A DNA stretch of 64,000 nucleotides, taken from NCBI GenBank assembly GCA_965206645.1, contig CBDBKE010000004.1, positions 544,001 through 608,000 of the forward strand, in the 5' to 3' direction. The position numbers were made by a program, and so were the translations under genes. Positions within the stretch are counted from its first letter, which is position 1, and each line of letters begins with the position of its first letter. The notes beneath the pieces are model-generated. The model did no database searches and had not been told where the DNA came from. It was given only the letters and a program-made list of their open reading frames with translations. Below are positions 47,953-59,509 of the stretch, one piece after another. This stretch comes from Terriglobia bacterium. Its GTDB lineage: Bacteria > Acidobacteriota > Terriglobia > JAJPHL01 > JAPKYU01.

Positions 47953-48700
47953 TTAGGAAGAAAGAGTAAAGATCACATCAACAGTTGTTTCCACTTTCAC
48001 AGGTTGGCCGTTCAGAATGGTCGGCCTGTAGCGCCACCTCTTAACTGCCTCCAGTGCCGCCTTCACCAACAGTGGATGACCGGAAATCACCCGCAACTTC
48101 TCAATCGAGCCGGATTTGCTGATAATTGCTGCCAGTCGGACGATTCCCGAGATACGAGCCTGCTTTGCCAATGGCGGATAGCGCGGTTTCTGCTGGCTGA
48201 GGAGCTTCGCTTGCTGCACGATTCCTCCCACCTGGATTGGTCGCACCCTCCTGGGTTTGACAGGAGGGGGTGGCGGTGGAGAGGTTGGCTGGTGGGTAAC
48301 GGAGGATTTTCATGATCGAACTGCTTCCACCGCCTATCCCGCCATCAACGTCACCCGCCGAAGTCACTAGGACAGGGGGCGAATGCGGCACTTCATCCCT
48401 AATGATTGAAACCGTTTCGGGAATGCGAACGGGGGCAAGCAACTCTCCCTGCTCAAACTCAAATTGCATGCGTTTCCTGGGTGCTGCGTCACCCGAAGGC
48501 TTGGCGGGCGCCGGGGGAGGACCAGCGGGCGCTGCCAGGAGCGATACAAGCAGCCGCCTGGGTAGCACCTCGAGGTACAGCAGGGGCACCAGAGTCAAAG
48601 CGCTTACGAGCACGACCTGCAGGAGGGCAGACAGTCCCCAAGCCCATGCCCTTCGTTGTTTACCTTCCACCGAAGTCTCTAGCAAAGTGAGCTCAAACAT
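47953..48700 (-). pseudogene. tonB: Energy transducer TonB, frameshifted
   Basis: N-terminal TM and Pro-rich linker (48700-48310) and C-terminal domain PRYPPLAKQARISG..WRYRPTILNG are in different frames. Confidence 0.8.
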
Positions 48701-48921
48701 AATTCCTCCTGGCTGTTTCGTGGCGACGCATCATCAGCCGAAGGCAGACCGCCCGTTGCGCCTGGTTTCGCTCCCGGCATACCGCCGCACGGGACGGTGC
48801 TACTTGCGCTCGACCGAAACAGCTACGAAACAGCGAAACAGTGTTTTGCCCTTCGAGTTGATAGACACCGGAGCAGGCTCAGGGTTCCTTTTATTCTTCG
48901 AGGTGACCCGGAGGCCTGTCG

Positions 48922-49314
48922 TTACATCAAACCGCCGCGGGCGATCTGCTCCACGAGTTCGCGGTCGGCGGGGAGGAAGTCAAATTCAGGAAGCTTGTTT
49001 CGGGGCACCCAGCGGATTTCTGCAAACTGGCGGTTTTGCGGCTCACCGCGAAATTCCCTCACCTGGAAGAAGACCAGCAGGATGGGGCTGCGACCGGGAT
49101 ACTCATAGGAAAAGCGGCAGATCTCAGGACCGATGTCGGCGTCCAGGTCCAGCTCTTCGCGCAGCTCGCGGCGCAGGCCGGCGGCCGGCTCCTCGCCGTC
49201 CTCAGTCTTTCCGCCGGCAAACTCCCACTTCAGCGGCAGGAACTGATCGGCGCGGCGCAGGCAGATGAGGAACTCCTCGCCGCGCATAATCAGAGCTGCC
49301 GTGACTGTTCTCAC
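48922..49314 (-). CDS. NUDIX hydrolase (MutT/NudG-like)
   Basis: WEFAGGKTEDGEEPAAGLRRELREEL. Confidence 0.9.
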   Translation of the reverse strand: MRTVTAALIMRGEEFLICLRRADQFLPLKWEFAGGKTEDGEEPAAGLRRELREELDLDADIGPEICRFSYEYPGRSPILLVFFQVREFRGEPQNRQFAEIRWVPRNKLPEFDFLPADRELVEQIARGGLM

Positions 49315-49362
49315 GAGGATTCAGCGGAGGCCGACGCTACTCCGGGCTTTCCCCTACTCTCG

Positions 49363-50529
49363 TCAGGTAGGCAGCGGCACGCGGAACTTTTCCAGTTCCT
49401 GCACGTCGGTTTGCGGCAGCCGCCCCAAGCGCGCCTTTAGATAACGCCAGGGAAGGCTGAACAACAATACGCGCGGGGCGAATTTCATGCTGTCGTGGAG
49501 GAAGCAGCTATGGGTGCACCAGCAGTTGGCCCGGGGGATCTCCTCGACCTCGGCTTTCATCTGTGGCGAGGCCAGAACCTGAGTCAGATTGCAGTCGAAG
49601 TCCTGCACCCGCCCCAGCGACCCGCGCATCTCGCACGCGCGGAACTCGCCGTTGTGGTCCACCACCACCGAGGTGGCGCCGGCGGTACACGGCATGGGCC
49701 AGCGGTGTGGCTCGTAGTGGCACTGCTGGTGGACGTCAAAGTGGAACTTAACGGCGCCCAGGTAGTACATGCGTGCGAACCAGCGCGGCACCGGCGACAG
49801 CCCGTCGAAGAGCCGGTCCGCATACTGCTCGTGGATGGAAAACAGCCTCTGGTGGAGCGTGCGCAGCTCTTCGGGTGGCAGATGCTTCAGGCGCGGATCC
49901 AGGGGGTTGCCGCGGATGATCTCAAAGTAATGCCCACTCGCGTTGTCGTCGCCCAGCAGCTTCAGGCCTAGCTCCACCAGCTCACGGTAATTTTCGGTCG
50001 TAATCACCGAGACCACGTTGCGGCGCAGACGGCGCACGCCGGGATAGTTACGCTCCATCAGGGCCATTGTCTCCAGGGTGCGCTGGAAGTTGCGCGGGAC
50101 GCCACGGAGAGTGTCGTGGGTATTGGCCAACCCGTCGAGGGAGAAATTCAAGTCAATGGTAAGCTTTGGGTTGTCCTCTAGCACCCGGCCCACCACCTGA
50201 TCAATTTTGCGCGGCAGCAGGCCGTTGGTAGGCAGGTTTACGGTGTCGACGCCATTGTTGCGGGCGAACATGGTGATGATGTCGGCTAGCTCCGGGCGCA
50301 GGAACGGCTCACCGCCTGAGAGCCACAACTTACGGAAGGGCGGCGCGGTGCGTGAAAGTCCTTCGATTTGCTCGAAGCTCAGGTCCTGGTTTTTGTTCAG
50401 ATTGTCCCAGTAGAAACAGGTCTGGCAGAGAGAGTTGCATCGCGAAGTAACAAACAGAAATAGCGACTCCAACTGCCGACGGCGATTGATTTTCTTGAGG
50501 ACCTGCCAGTATTCTCGGATGGCTGACAC
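49363..50529 (-). CDS. Radical SAM / SPASM-domain protein
   Basis: CNSLCQTC, SGGEPF, TNG, SLDG, C-terminal CTAG...C...CWCTHSC; likely start GTG 50529. Confidence 0.88.
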   Translation of the reverse strand: MSAIREYWQVLKKINRRRQLESLFLFVTSRCNSLCQTCFYWDNLNKNQDLSFEQIEGLSRTAPPFRKLWLSGGEPFLRPELADIITMFARNNGVDTVNLPTNGLLPRKIDQVVGRVLEDNPKLTIDLNFSLDGLANTHDTLRGVPRNFQRTLETMALMERNYPGVRRLRRNVVSVITTENYRELVELGLKLLGDDNASGHYFEIIRGNPLDPRLKHLPPEELRTLHQRLFSIHEQYADRLFDGLSPVPRWFARMYYLGAVKFHFDVHQQCHYEPHRWPMPCTAGATSVVVDHNGEFRACEMRGSLGRVQDFDCNLTQVLASPQMKAEVEEIPRANCWCTHSCFLHDSMKFAPRVLLFSLPWRYLKARLGRLPQTDVQELEKFRVPLPT

Positions 50530-50599
50530 TAGCGCATTGTGCCATGCAACCGTGTGCCTGTAAAGGGCCTGCGATGGACCTGTACCTGTAAGGGCAAAG

Positions 50600-50962
50600 A
50601 TGCACCACCCACTGCTGCTCGAACATTTCCGCAACCCACGCAATGCCGGAGAATTGGACGACGCCGACGCCGTAGTCGAGCTTTCTAACCCGGTTTGCGG
50701 CGACATTCTCAAGCTGTGGGTGGAGGTGCACGACGCGCGGGTCGTAGCCATCCAGTTCAAGTGCCGCGGCTGCGTGGCAGCGATGGCCTGTGGCTCGGCG
50801 CTCACAGAACTGGTCAGCGGCCGGCCGGTGGCTGAGGTGGCGCATATTACTGCCACTGCGGTCGAGCAGGCGGTGGGCAAGCTGGAGACGGCCAGCAAAC
50901 ACGCAGCGGTACTGGCAGTGGACACCTGGCGTGCCGTGCTAAAAAAGGCGGGGGCAATCTAG
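50600..50962 (+). CDS. IscU/NifU-like Fe-S scaffold protein
   Basis: LEHFRNPRNAG, NPVCGD, GCVAAMACGS. Confidence 0.9.
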   Translation: MHHPLLLEHFRNPRNAGELDDADAVVELSNPVCGDILKLWVEVHDARVVAIQFKCRGCVAAMACGSALTELVSGRPVAEVAHITATAVEQAVGKLETASKHAAVLAVDTWRAVLKKAGAI

Positions 50963-51057
50963 AATCAAGCGGATTGCCCGTGGCCATTCTTTGATGCCGC
51001 GGTGATTGAGTCCCATTAATAGCTGAACGGTCGCTGCAGCTCTGACAGGAGTAGAAA

Positions 51058-52926
51058 ATGAAACGTATCACTCAGTGGTCCACAAAAGCAGTGGTCCACA
51101 AAGGGCAGTTGTTCACAAAGGGTTCGCAATTGAGATTGGATCCACTGAGTCGACGGCAGTTTCTGAAGGCAACGGGACTCGCCGGAGTGACAGCCGGAAT
51201 TCAGCCTCCTCTCGTCCGCGCCCGAGGATCGAGGCGGAGTTCGGGAGAACCGGTTGTTGAGGGGAAAGAGATTTATCTGTCGGATCTGGAGAAATGCCAA
51301 CCATCGGCGGCTTTGTCGGAGCGTTCCGCACCGGGCGTTTGGCGAATGCTTAAGTACAAAAGCCGCGCTTTTTCTGGGACGATGTTGGTGGCTACCGAAG
51401 AGAGTGATGCACCAGACGTGAACTATGCTTTAGGTCGCTCAGGTTGGCACGAAATCTACATAGGGATCTATCGAAAGCCCTTTGAACAGCCCAAACAAGT
51501 CCAGGTTAAACTCAGCGACGATCCGGCTTATACCATTTTGACCGGACGCCCCGGTGAAACGGATCATCAAGAGAACTGGATCGATGATATCTACTGGAAA
51601 ACCGCCCATTTGAACGGGCGCGATATCGTCATTCGTCAGATTAAATTACCAAGAGTTCAACATAGCTGGGTTGGATATATCAAGTTGGTCCCTCTTTCTG
51701 AACAAGAGGTCCGCGCCGTCCGTAAGGACCGCAGCCGAACGAACACCAAACGGCTATTTGTGCATAGCGATGCTCACCTCTCCAACGTCACCGGATCCAC
51801 TGAGGAGATTCTCAAATACCTTGAACCTCTGCGCAACACCGACGTGGCTCGCATCTACTGGGAAGCTGGAGGCGGCGACCGTACCTTGTACTTCTCTGCG
51901 ATTGGCAGGGACCACGCGAGCGCGCTTGAGGATTCTCCAGTTTTCTTCCCCCGAGTCATTGACCGCGAGTGGGCTTTAACCTGGCAGGCCTATCGACAAA
52001 AAGGGACGGATCAGCTTCGAGTGGCTGCCGAATTCGCAAAGAAAATCGGTCTGGAGTTTCACGCGGCGTATCGAACGGCGGGATTTGTCCATCCACCCCC
52101 ATATGATGATATCCGGGGAAGTTTTTTCAAAGAACATCCTGAGCTGGTTTGTGTGGCTCGGGACGGAACAAGGTTGCCAAGAATCTCTTATGCCTTTCCG
52201 GAGACTCGCCGCTATGTGCTCCGGTTGTTCCGAGAAATGGCGGAGTATCCCATCGATGGCGTGTGTGTCCTCTATAACCGTCGGCCCCCGCTCGTCGCTT
52301 ATGAAGCACCTCTGGTCGAGGGGTTCACGGCCCGCTATGGCCAGGACCCTCGCCAACTGGACGAGCACGATCCCCGCTGGCTCTCCTATCGAAGCTGGGC
52401 ACTCACTGAGTTTATGCGGGAGCTAAGAAAGGAAATGGATGAAGTCAGTCAACGGACGCAGCGGTCGCAACGAGTGGCCATCTCAGCTGTCGTATTCCGA
52501 AAGGAAGAGAACCGGCTGCACGGGATGGATCTCCACACATGGATCCACGAGGGGCTGGTCGACACGATTATTCCCTACTCCTCCTCCATTCGTTTGAACA
52601 GCTACGAACCGGCCTGGGAGAATCGCGAGGATATCGACTACTTCGTTTCGCTGGTGAGGGGGACGAATTGCCGGTTGGCTCTTAACCTGATGCCACGTGC
52701 CCTGACGTCCGAGCAATACCTTCGCAAGGCGCACTTCCTCTATAGTGGGGGAGTTGAAAACTTCTTCTTCTGGGATGGAATCAGCCGAGTTAGGAAGGTG
52801 CCCCGACTCGGTCACCGGAAAGAGGTTGCCCGCTGGATAACAGCAGGGGAACCAGCAATCGTTCCGGCGGCAACCCCCTTGCATCACTTAGGCGGGTGGG
52901 ATCTGACGCTTGAGACCCCTGGATAA
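51058..52926 (+). CDS. Tat-exported glycoside-hydrolase-like (GHL10/DUF187-type TIM barrel) protein
   Basis: SRRQFLK twin-arginine motif; FFKEHPE, SYAFPETR, YPIDGV, W-I-x-EGLVD. Confidence 0.6.
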   Translation: MKRITQWSTKAVVHKGQLFTKGSQLRLDPLSRRQFLKATGLAGVTAGIQPPLVRARGSRRSSGEPVVEGKEIYLSDLEKCQPSAALSERSAPGVWRMLKYKSRAFSGTMLVATEESDAPDVNYALGRSGWHEIYIGIYRKPFEQPKQVQVKLSDDPAYTILTGRPGETDHQENWIDDIYWKTAHLNGRDIVIRQIKLPRVQHSWVGYIKLVPLSEQEVRAVRKDRSRTNTKRLFVHSDAHLSNVTGSTEEILKYLEPLRNTDVARIYWEAGGGDRTLYFSAIGRDHASALEDSPVFFPRVIDREWALTWQAYRQKGTDQLRVAAEFAKKIGLEFHAAYRTAGFVHPPPYDDIRGSFFKEHPELVCVARDGTRLPRISYAFPETRRYVLRLFREMAEYPIDGVCVLYNRRPPLVAYEAPLVEGFTARYGQDPRQLDEHDPRWLSYRSWALTEFMRELRKEMDEVSQRTQRSQRVAISAVVFRKEENRLHGMDLHTWIHEGLVDTIIPYSSSIRLNSYEPAWENREDIDYFVSLVRGTNCRLALNLMPRALTSEQYLRKAHFLYSGGVENFFFWDGISRVRKVPRLGHRKEVARWITAGEPAIVPAATPLHHLGGWDLTLETPG

Positions 52927-52983
52927 GTGCGCAGCTCGAGGACGTAGCCCACAGTCATCGAGCAGAGCAGGCCGAACAAACTC

Positions 52984-53592
52984 ATGGCTGACCGTTTCTA
53001 CCTAAGTCTCTGGCTAAAGGAGCAAGAAGAGGCGCGGATGCTAGAACGCTTCCGCGTACTACTAGAGGCGTTTCCCTGCTCTGAAGTGCGCCCCCGGGTG
53101 CAGGCGCTGCGAGTCCATCCTCTTAACTGGACCGAGCCTCCCGTTGTGGATCAGACATTCCACGAGGGCGCCGAAATTGGCGACGTCCTGGCGCTGGCCG
53201 CCGAGTTCCTGCATGCCGATTATTCCTACCAAGCGTCCATGTTCTGGGACCTGTGGGTATTCCAGACCAACGGGGGCGCAGCGGCCTGGAGGAGGGCGGC
53301 GCTCTCGGTCACATTGCTTTGCTACGGCCCCGATTTTGAGGACGGGCAAGCCGACCACGGTCACCTGGAAGTGGATTTTGGTCTGGACACACCCTTCCGT
53401 GCGGACCAGGACATCCCCGATGCCCAGGCGCGCATGCTGACAGGCGACTATCGCCGGCGCCTTCAGGAAAACCTCCGCAAGCTGATGGACTTCGTCCACC
53501 AATTGGAGAACCGACTGCCGGTCGAAAAGCGCTTGCTGTGGACCGAGTCGGGGGAGAACTTCGCCGAGATGATGCGCAAGAGTTTTGACTGA
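52984..53592 (+). CDS. Conserved hypothetical protein
   Basis: MADRFYLSLW...RLLWTESGENFA; host-like codon usage. Confidence 0.7.
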   Translation: MADRFYLSLWLKEQEEARMLERFRVLLEAFPCSEVRPRVQALRVHPLNWTEPPVVDQTFHEGAEIGDVLALAAEFLHADYSYQASMFWDLWVFQTNGGAAAWRRAALSVTLLCYGPDFEDGQADHGHLEVDFGLDTPFRADQDIPDAQARMLTGDYRRRLQENLRKLMDFVHQLENRLPVEKRLLWTESGENFAEMMRKSFD

Positions 53593-53684
53593 AGGCAGGT
53601 TCGGGTGTCAGGTACCAAGTGCCGGCTGGCTGTTCTGCTGGTTTTGCTGATGATTCGGTAGCAACCTAGCTTTCCAAGGTTGCT

Positions 53685-56096
53685 TCACTCTTCCAGTGCC
53701 TGTATGGCCGCTTCAACAATGGTTCCGGTGCTGATTCCATAGTAATCGTAAAGTTCTTTTTGGGTGCCCGACTGGCCAAATTCCTCCACTCCCAGACCGA
53801 TGGTTCTGGTCCCAAAGACACTGCCAATAAAGGAAAGCGCGTGGGAATGACCATCCATTACGGTGACGACGGGGACCTGGCGTTCCGCCAGAGGGATCAA
53901 ACGTTCCAGATGAAAACCGACTCCGGCGGTCGAGCTTTTCATCCTGTGCTTGTTGGCTTGTTGCCAGCTGCGATAGAGGAGACAGGGACTGGTCGCGCTA
54001 ATCACATTGGCAAAGACGTCTTCCTCGCGAAGCAACTGGCTGGCTTCTATGGCATCGGGGATCATGACCCCGCAGGAGAAAATGTTTACGACATTCACTC
54101 CAGGTTGATAGGAGGGCTCGGCACTGTAATCGACAATCCGATAACCACCGCGCACGACATGTTCGCGCAAAGCGTTAGCGTGTGTCTCATCACTCAACCT
54201 TTCTTGGGGGAAAAGAGCTTGCGCGATAGGTCGAGTGGACAGCCGCAAATAAACAATTTGCCCTTCCTTCCGATCCAACAGGTTTCTCAATGCTGCCAAG
54301 AAAATCCATTCCAATTCCTGGGCAAAAGTGGGCTCGTAGTAAACCAGATTGGGCAGTTCGATGCCGATGGATGGGGTGATAAAGGACTGATGAGACCCGC
54401 CTTCCGGGCCCAACGTGATTCCCGAAGGCGTAGCAGCAAAGATAAACTTTGATTTGCTGTAAGCTGAATAGATGAGAGCATCTAGACCCCGACAAACGAA
54501 TGGGTCATAGAGGGTTCCCATCGGAAGCAACGTTTCTCCGCTGAGTTCTTGCGCCAAGCCGAGCGCGTTCAGAAGCAGGAAAAGGTTATTTTCGGAAACA
54601 CCCAGCTCAATATGATGGCCTCGCGGCTTCTGCTCCCAATTTAGCATTAATGGAATCGCATTTTCGCGAAAGTAATTGTTCATTTCCTGAGGGCAATAGA
54701 CCCCCATCTTGTTGATCCATCCGCCCAGGTTGGTAGAGGTAGCCACGTCAGGTGAGACGGTGACCAGTCGTTCGGCAATTTCGGGGATACGGCTGCAGGC
54801 CAGCAGGAGACTGCCCAGAGCCTGCTGGGTAGACGTCTCCCCCTTGTAGGTGGAGTGCAGTGTCTCGGGAATCGGTGGGTGGGCCGCTGGACCAGGAGCG
54901 CTCAACCCCTCTGCTTGTAATTTCAAGCGCTGCAGGTGAGATTGAACATAGCGCGCCTCCGGGCTTCCCTCAGCGAAGCCTGCAAACTCCTCCCCCGTCG
55001 GGACTTCCAATTGCTGCTGGAGTTCCTCCATTTGCTGCCGGGTCAGCAGCTTGGAATGATTCAGCGGGTCACCAGCAATGGGCAAGCTCCAGCCTTTGAT
55101 GGTATAGGCCACAATGACCACGGGGCCGGTGCTAATCTGCTCAGCTTCTTCGAGAACGGTCAGGATTTTTTGCAAATCATGCCCAGCCAGATCCGATAAC
55201 AAACTCTTCATTTCCCCGGCGGGATAAGTCTCAAGCAGGCGCAGCAATTCCTCGTCGAGGACTCCGTCACTCCATGCCAACTTTTGTCGGATTTTCTCTC
55301 CATCATTGAGCCGCAGCAGGCTTTGATACTCCTCGTTGGTCATCAAATCAATGCGGAGGCGCAACTTCTGCCCGGCTGGCCGAGCAAAGGCTTCTTCCAA
55401 GCGTCGGCCGTATTTCAGTTCCAGCACATGCCAGTCATTGACGCGGAACATTTCCTCGATTTTTTGCGCCTTCCCACTGGGTACGACCCGGTCCAGGCTT
55501 TGTCGATTGAGGTCAATAATCCAAAGCACCCGGCCCAGGCGCCGGAGATTCTCTTCCCCGAGAGCTTCCCAGACATTTCCCTCATCCAATTCAGCATCTC
55601 CCACGAGGGCAATAAAGCGACTTCGTCCAGGACGACCGAAATGGTCCTGAACAAACTGCTGTGTGAGCGCCGCAAAGTTGGGTGTGACCGCCCCGAGCCC
55701 TATCGAGCCGGTAGAAATGTCCACTCCATCCACATCCTTGGTGCGGCTGGGATAGGCCTGCAATCCTTTGAAACTGCGAAATTCCTTGAGCTTCTCTTCC
55801 GGCAACTTCCCCAGCAGAAACTGAATGGCATGATAAACGGGGGAGGCATGGGGCTTCACGGACACTCGGTCACCGGTGCGCAAAGTGTGAAAGTAAAGCG
55901 CGGTCATCAGGCTTACCATGGACGCGGAACTGGCTTGATGCCCACCCACCTTCACCTTACCGGGATTGTCGCGCACGGAATTGGCATGGTGGATCATCTG
56001 CGTGCTGAGCCAGAGAACCCGATGTTGAATTCTCTGTAAGATCTCCAGATCATAACCGTGCTCCGACTGGATTTCCTGTTTGGCGTTGACCGGCAT
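53685..56096 (-). CDS. aceE: Pyruvate dehydrogenase E1 (AceE-like) / transketolase-family TPP enzyme
   Basis: KVGGHQASSAS, STGSIGLG, GDAELDEG, NRQSLD, EGGSHQS, FGQSG. Confidence 0.8.
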   Translation of the reverse strand: MPVNAKQEIQSEHGYDLEILQRIQHRVLWLSTQMIHHANSVRDNPGKVKVGGHQASSASMVSLMTALYFHTLRTGDRVSVKPHASPVYHAIQFLLGKLPEEKLKEFRSFKGLQAYPSRTKDVDGVDISTGSIGLGAVTPNFAALTQQFVQDHFGRPGRSRFIALVGDAELDEGNVWEALGEENLRRLGRVLWIIDLNRQSLDRVVPSGKAQKIEEMFRVNDWHVLELKYGRRLEEAFARPAGQKLRLRIDLMTNEEYQSLLRLNDGEKIRQKLAWSDGVLDEELLRLLETYPAGEMKSLLSDLAGHDLQKILTVLEEAEQISTGPVVIVAYTIKGWSLPIAGDPLNHSKLLTRQQMEELQQQLEVPTGEEFAGFAEGSPEARYVQSHLQRLKLQAEGLSAPGPAAHPPIPETLHSTYKGETSTQQALGSLLLACSRIPEIAERLVTVSPDVATSTNLGGWINKMGVYCPQEMNNYFRENAIPLMLNWEQKPRGHHIELGVSENNLFLLLNALGLAQELSGETLLPMGTLYDPFVCRGLDALIYSAYSKSKFIFAATPSGITLGPEGGSHQSFITPSIGIELPNLVYYEPTFAQELEWIFLAALRNLLDRKEGQIVYLRLSTRPIAQALFPQERLSDETHANALREHVVRGGYRIVDYSAEPSYQPGVNVVNIFSCGVMIPDAIEASQLLREEDVFANVISATSPCLLYRSWQQANKHRMKSSTAGVGFHLERLIPLAERQVPVVTVMDGHSHALSFIGSVFGTRTIGLGVEEFGQSGTQKELYDYYGISTGTIVEAAIQALEE

Positions 56097-56191
56097 GGCC
56101 TTCTCCTATTTCAGACCCCTATCTTTATCCATTCTATCATCGCAAGAAATTCCCGACTGTTGCCCACTTCCATTCTCCCCAAAGGCGGCTG

Positions 56192-57391
56192 CTACCGGCT
56201 GGCTTCAGTGAGGGCTTCCACGCCGGGCAGCTTTCGCCCGGCGAGAAATTCCAGCGAGGCCCCCCCGCCCGTGGAGACGTGGGTGATCTTCTCCGTGAGC
56301 CCGGCCTTGGCCAGAGCCGAAACCGAGTCGCCGCCGCCGACAATACTGAGCGCCCCAGAGGCGGCCACTGCCCGAGCCACTTTCAGAGTGCCCTGGGCGA
56401 AATCGTCGATCTCAAACACGCCCATCGGGCCGTTCCACACCACAGTCTTGGCGCGGGCAATCTCGGCTGCATAGGTACGGATGGTGGCCGGGCCGATGTC
56501 CAACCCCATCCAGCCCTCCGCAATGCCGCCGGGCGCCGAGTCATCCACCACGCGCTTTTCGGCGCCCGCTTCCGCTTTCTGGGCGGTGACGTGATCGGAG
56601 GGAAGCAGGAAGCGGAACTTACGTTGCTTGATTTCGTCGAGCACGCGTTGCGCCAGATCCAGCTTCTCAGCTTCCACCAGCGAGCCACCCACGGGGTACC
56701 CCTGGGCGCGGGAAAAGGTGTAGGCCATGGCCCCGCCGATCAACAGGCTGTCGCAAAGCTGCAGCAGATTGTTGATCACCTCAATCTTGTCGGACACTTT
56801 GGCGCCGCCGAGAATCGCCACATAGGGACGGTCGGGGTCGGTGATGGCTTGCGTCAGGTACCGCAACTCCTTCTCCATGAGCAGGCCGGCGGCCGCGGGC
56901 GTCACGTGGTGGGCAATTCCCTCGGTGGAGGCGTGAGCCCGGTGCGCGCTGCCGAAGGCGTCGTTCACGTAGACGTCGCACAGTGCGGCCAGTTGCCGGG
57001 AAAACTGCGGGTCATTGGCTTCCTCCTCGGGATGGAAGCGCACGTTCTCGAGCAGCAGTACCTCGCCGTCCTTGATGGTGCCTGCCGATCGTTCCACCTC
57101 CTGCCCCACGCAATCGGGAGCAAAGTTGGCAGGTTTGCCGAGCAGCTCGGAGAGCCGGCCGGCCGCGGGCTTGAGGCTATACTTGGGATTTACTTTGCCC
57201 TTGGGACGCCCCAAGTGCGAGGCCAGCACCAGCCGTGCACCGCCCTCGATCGCCAGCCGAAGGGTGGGCAGGGTCTCGCGGATGCGGGTGTCGTCTTCCA
57301 CACGATCACCCGCCAAGGGGACGTTGAAATCCACCCGAATGAAGACGCGCTTCCCTTTCAGCTCCAGATCGCGAATGGAAAGTTTAGGCAT
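56192..57391 (-). CDS. pgk: Phosphoglycerate kinase
   Basis: [41 protein letters not shown]. Confidence 0.98.
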   Translation of the reverse strand: MPKLSIRDLELKGKRVFIRVDFNVPLAGDRVEDDTRIRETLPTLRLAIEGGARLVLASHLGRPKGKVNPKYSLKPAAGRLSELLGKPANFAPDCVGQEVERSAGTIKDGEVLLLENVRFHPEEEANDPQFSRQLAALCDVYVNDAFGSAHRAHASTEGIAHHVTPAAAGLLMEKELRYLTQAITDPDRPYVAILGGAKVSDKIEVINNLLQLCDSLLIGGAMAYTFSRAQGYPVGGSLVEAEKLDLAQRVLDEIKQRKFRFLLPSDHVTAQKAEAGAEKRVVDDSAPGGIAEGWMGLDIGPATIRTYAAEIARAKTVVWNGPMGVFEIDDFAQGTLKVARAVAASGALSIVGGGDSVSALAKAGLTEKITHVSTGGGASLEFLAGRKLPGVEALTEASR

Positions 57392-57446
57392 GAACCGTCC
57401 CTGTACAAGGTCCAAGGCCGGAGCTCTAGTCCGCGACTTCTCCGCT

Positions 57447-58487
<1,041 letters not shown>

Positions 58488-58618
58488 CTAGCAGGGATTG
58501 GGGAGAACGGTAAGCGGAAAAAGGCGCTCCGGCCGGTGCGGTGGCGCGTGAAAATGTCCAGCGGAACAGGGTTACTACCCGGGGACTCTGGCCAGCGGCG
58601 CCTCAGCCGGGACCGCGG

Positions 58619-59509
58619 CTATGGCTCAGAAGGCGCCGGCGGCGCCTCAGCCGGGACCGGAGCTTCGGAGGCATCCTCTTCGTTTACTGAGGATTCCGCG
58701 GTTTCGGCTGTGGCAGCTCGCAATGCCTCGGAGGCAACACCTGGCGTGTATTCCTTCACCTCAATGACCTCGCTACCTCGAAAGGTGACGAAAGTCACTT
58801 TCGACGGTGGGACACCGTAGATCCAGTCTTCTAGCTCGATGCGGCCGTGCCGCTCGCGGACCTTGCGGTCAGGCCGGCCCCGCGCGGCAACCACCATCTG
58901 GCGATCCATCCCCACCAGAACCTGGTGGTTCTTAATGGCTTCCCGAACTTCTTTTGGAAGCGACTCGGTATAAATGATGCTGGCCGACTGGCGACTGAAA
59001 TCCAGCAGGCCGCCGAGGACTTGCTTCACTTGATCCGAGGTCAGGTCCGGCACTGGGCCTTCAAAGCGCAAGGCGATGCTGGACCCGGTGGGCAAGGCCA
59101 TTTGCCTCGTCACCGGACGCGTGGTTCCCCCGAAACCGACCTGGATTCTCTGATACCACTTTCCCTTTTCCTTGCCGCCTCCATTGAGGTCGAAAACAAT
59201 TTCCTTTTTGCGAAAAGCGATGTTTGTGATCTGGACCCTTTCGCCGGGCTGGAGGGCGACGCCATTCATACCGGTCAGATGTTGAAGTTCCTCCTCATCC
59301 ACCTGCTCCTGCGAATCGAGCGGAACAGGCTCTTCCCCGCGAGGCAAAGCCTTCTTCACGGTTGCAAATTCAGAATGCAGGCCGCGGAGAATCTGCAGGC
59401 GGGACTCGCGGCTCAAGGTGCTGGCCGGTTTACTGCCGGCCCAAAGCAGGCCAGGCAGGGCCACCGCCAGGATGAGAAGGATGAGAACCAGCTGAGTTAG
59501 GTGCTTCAT
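58619..59509 (-). CDS. Hypothetical secreted protein
   Basis: Signal peptide MKHLTQLVL...; SmpA-like GMDRQMV...GRP...EDWIYG. Confidence 0.7.
   Translation of the reverse strand: MKHLTQLVLILLILAVALPGLLWAGSKPASTLSRESRLQILRGLHSEFATVKKALPRGEEPVPLDSQEQVDEEELQHLTGMNGVALQPGERVQITNIAFRKKEIVFDLNGGGKEKGKWYQRIQVGFGGTTRPVTRQMALPTGSSIALRFEGPVPDLTSDQVKQVLGGLLDFSRQSASIIYTESLPKEVREAIKNHQVLVGMDRQMVVAARGRPDRKVRERHGRIELEDWIYGVPPSKVTFVTFRGSEVIEVKEYTPGVASEALRAATAETAESSVNEEDASEAPVPAEAPPAPSEP

Noticed and set aside
49363-50925. 520-aa version of the radical SAM ORF
   Set aside because: The first ~130 codons are antisense to the iscU-like gene.
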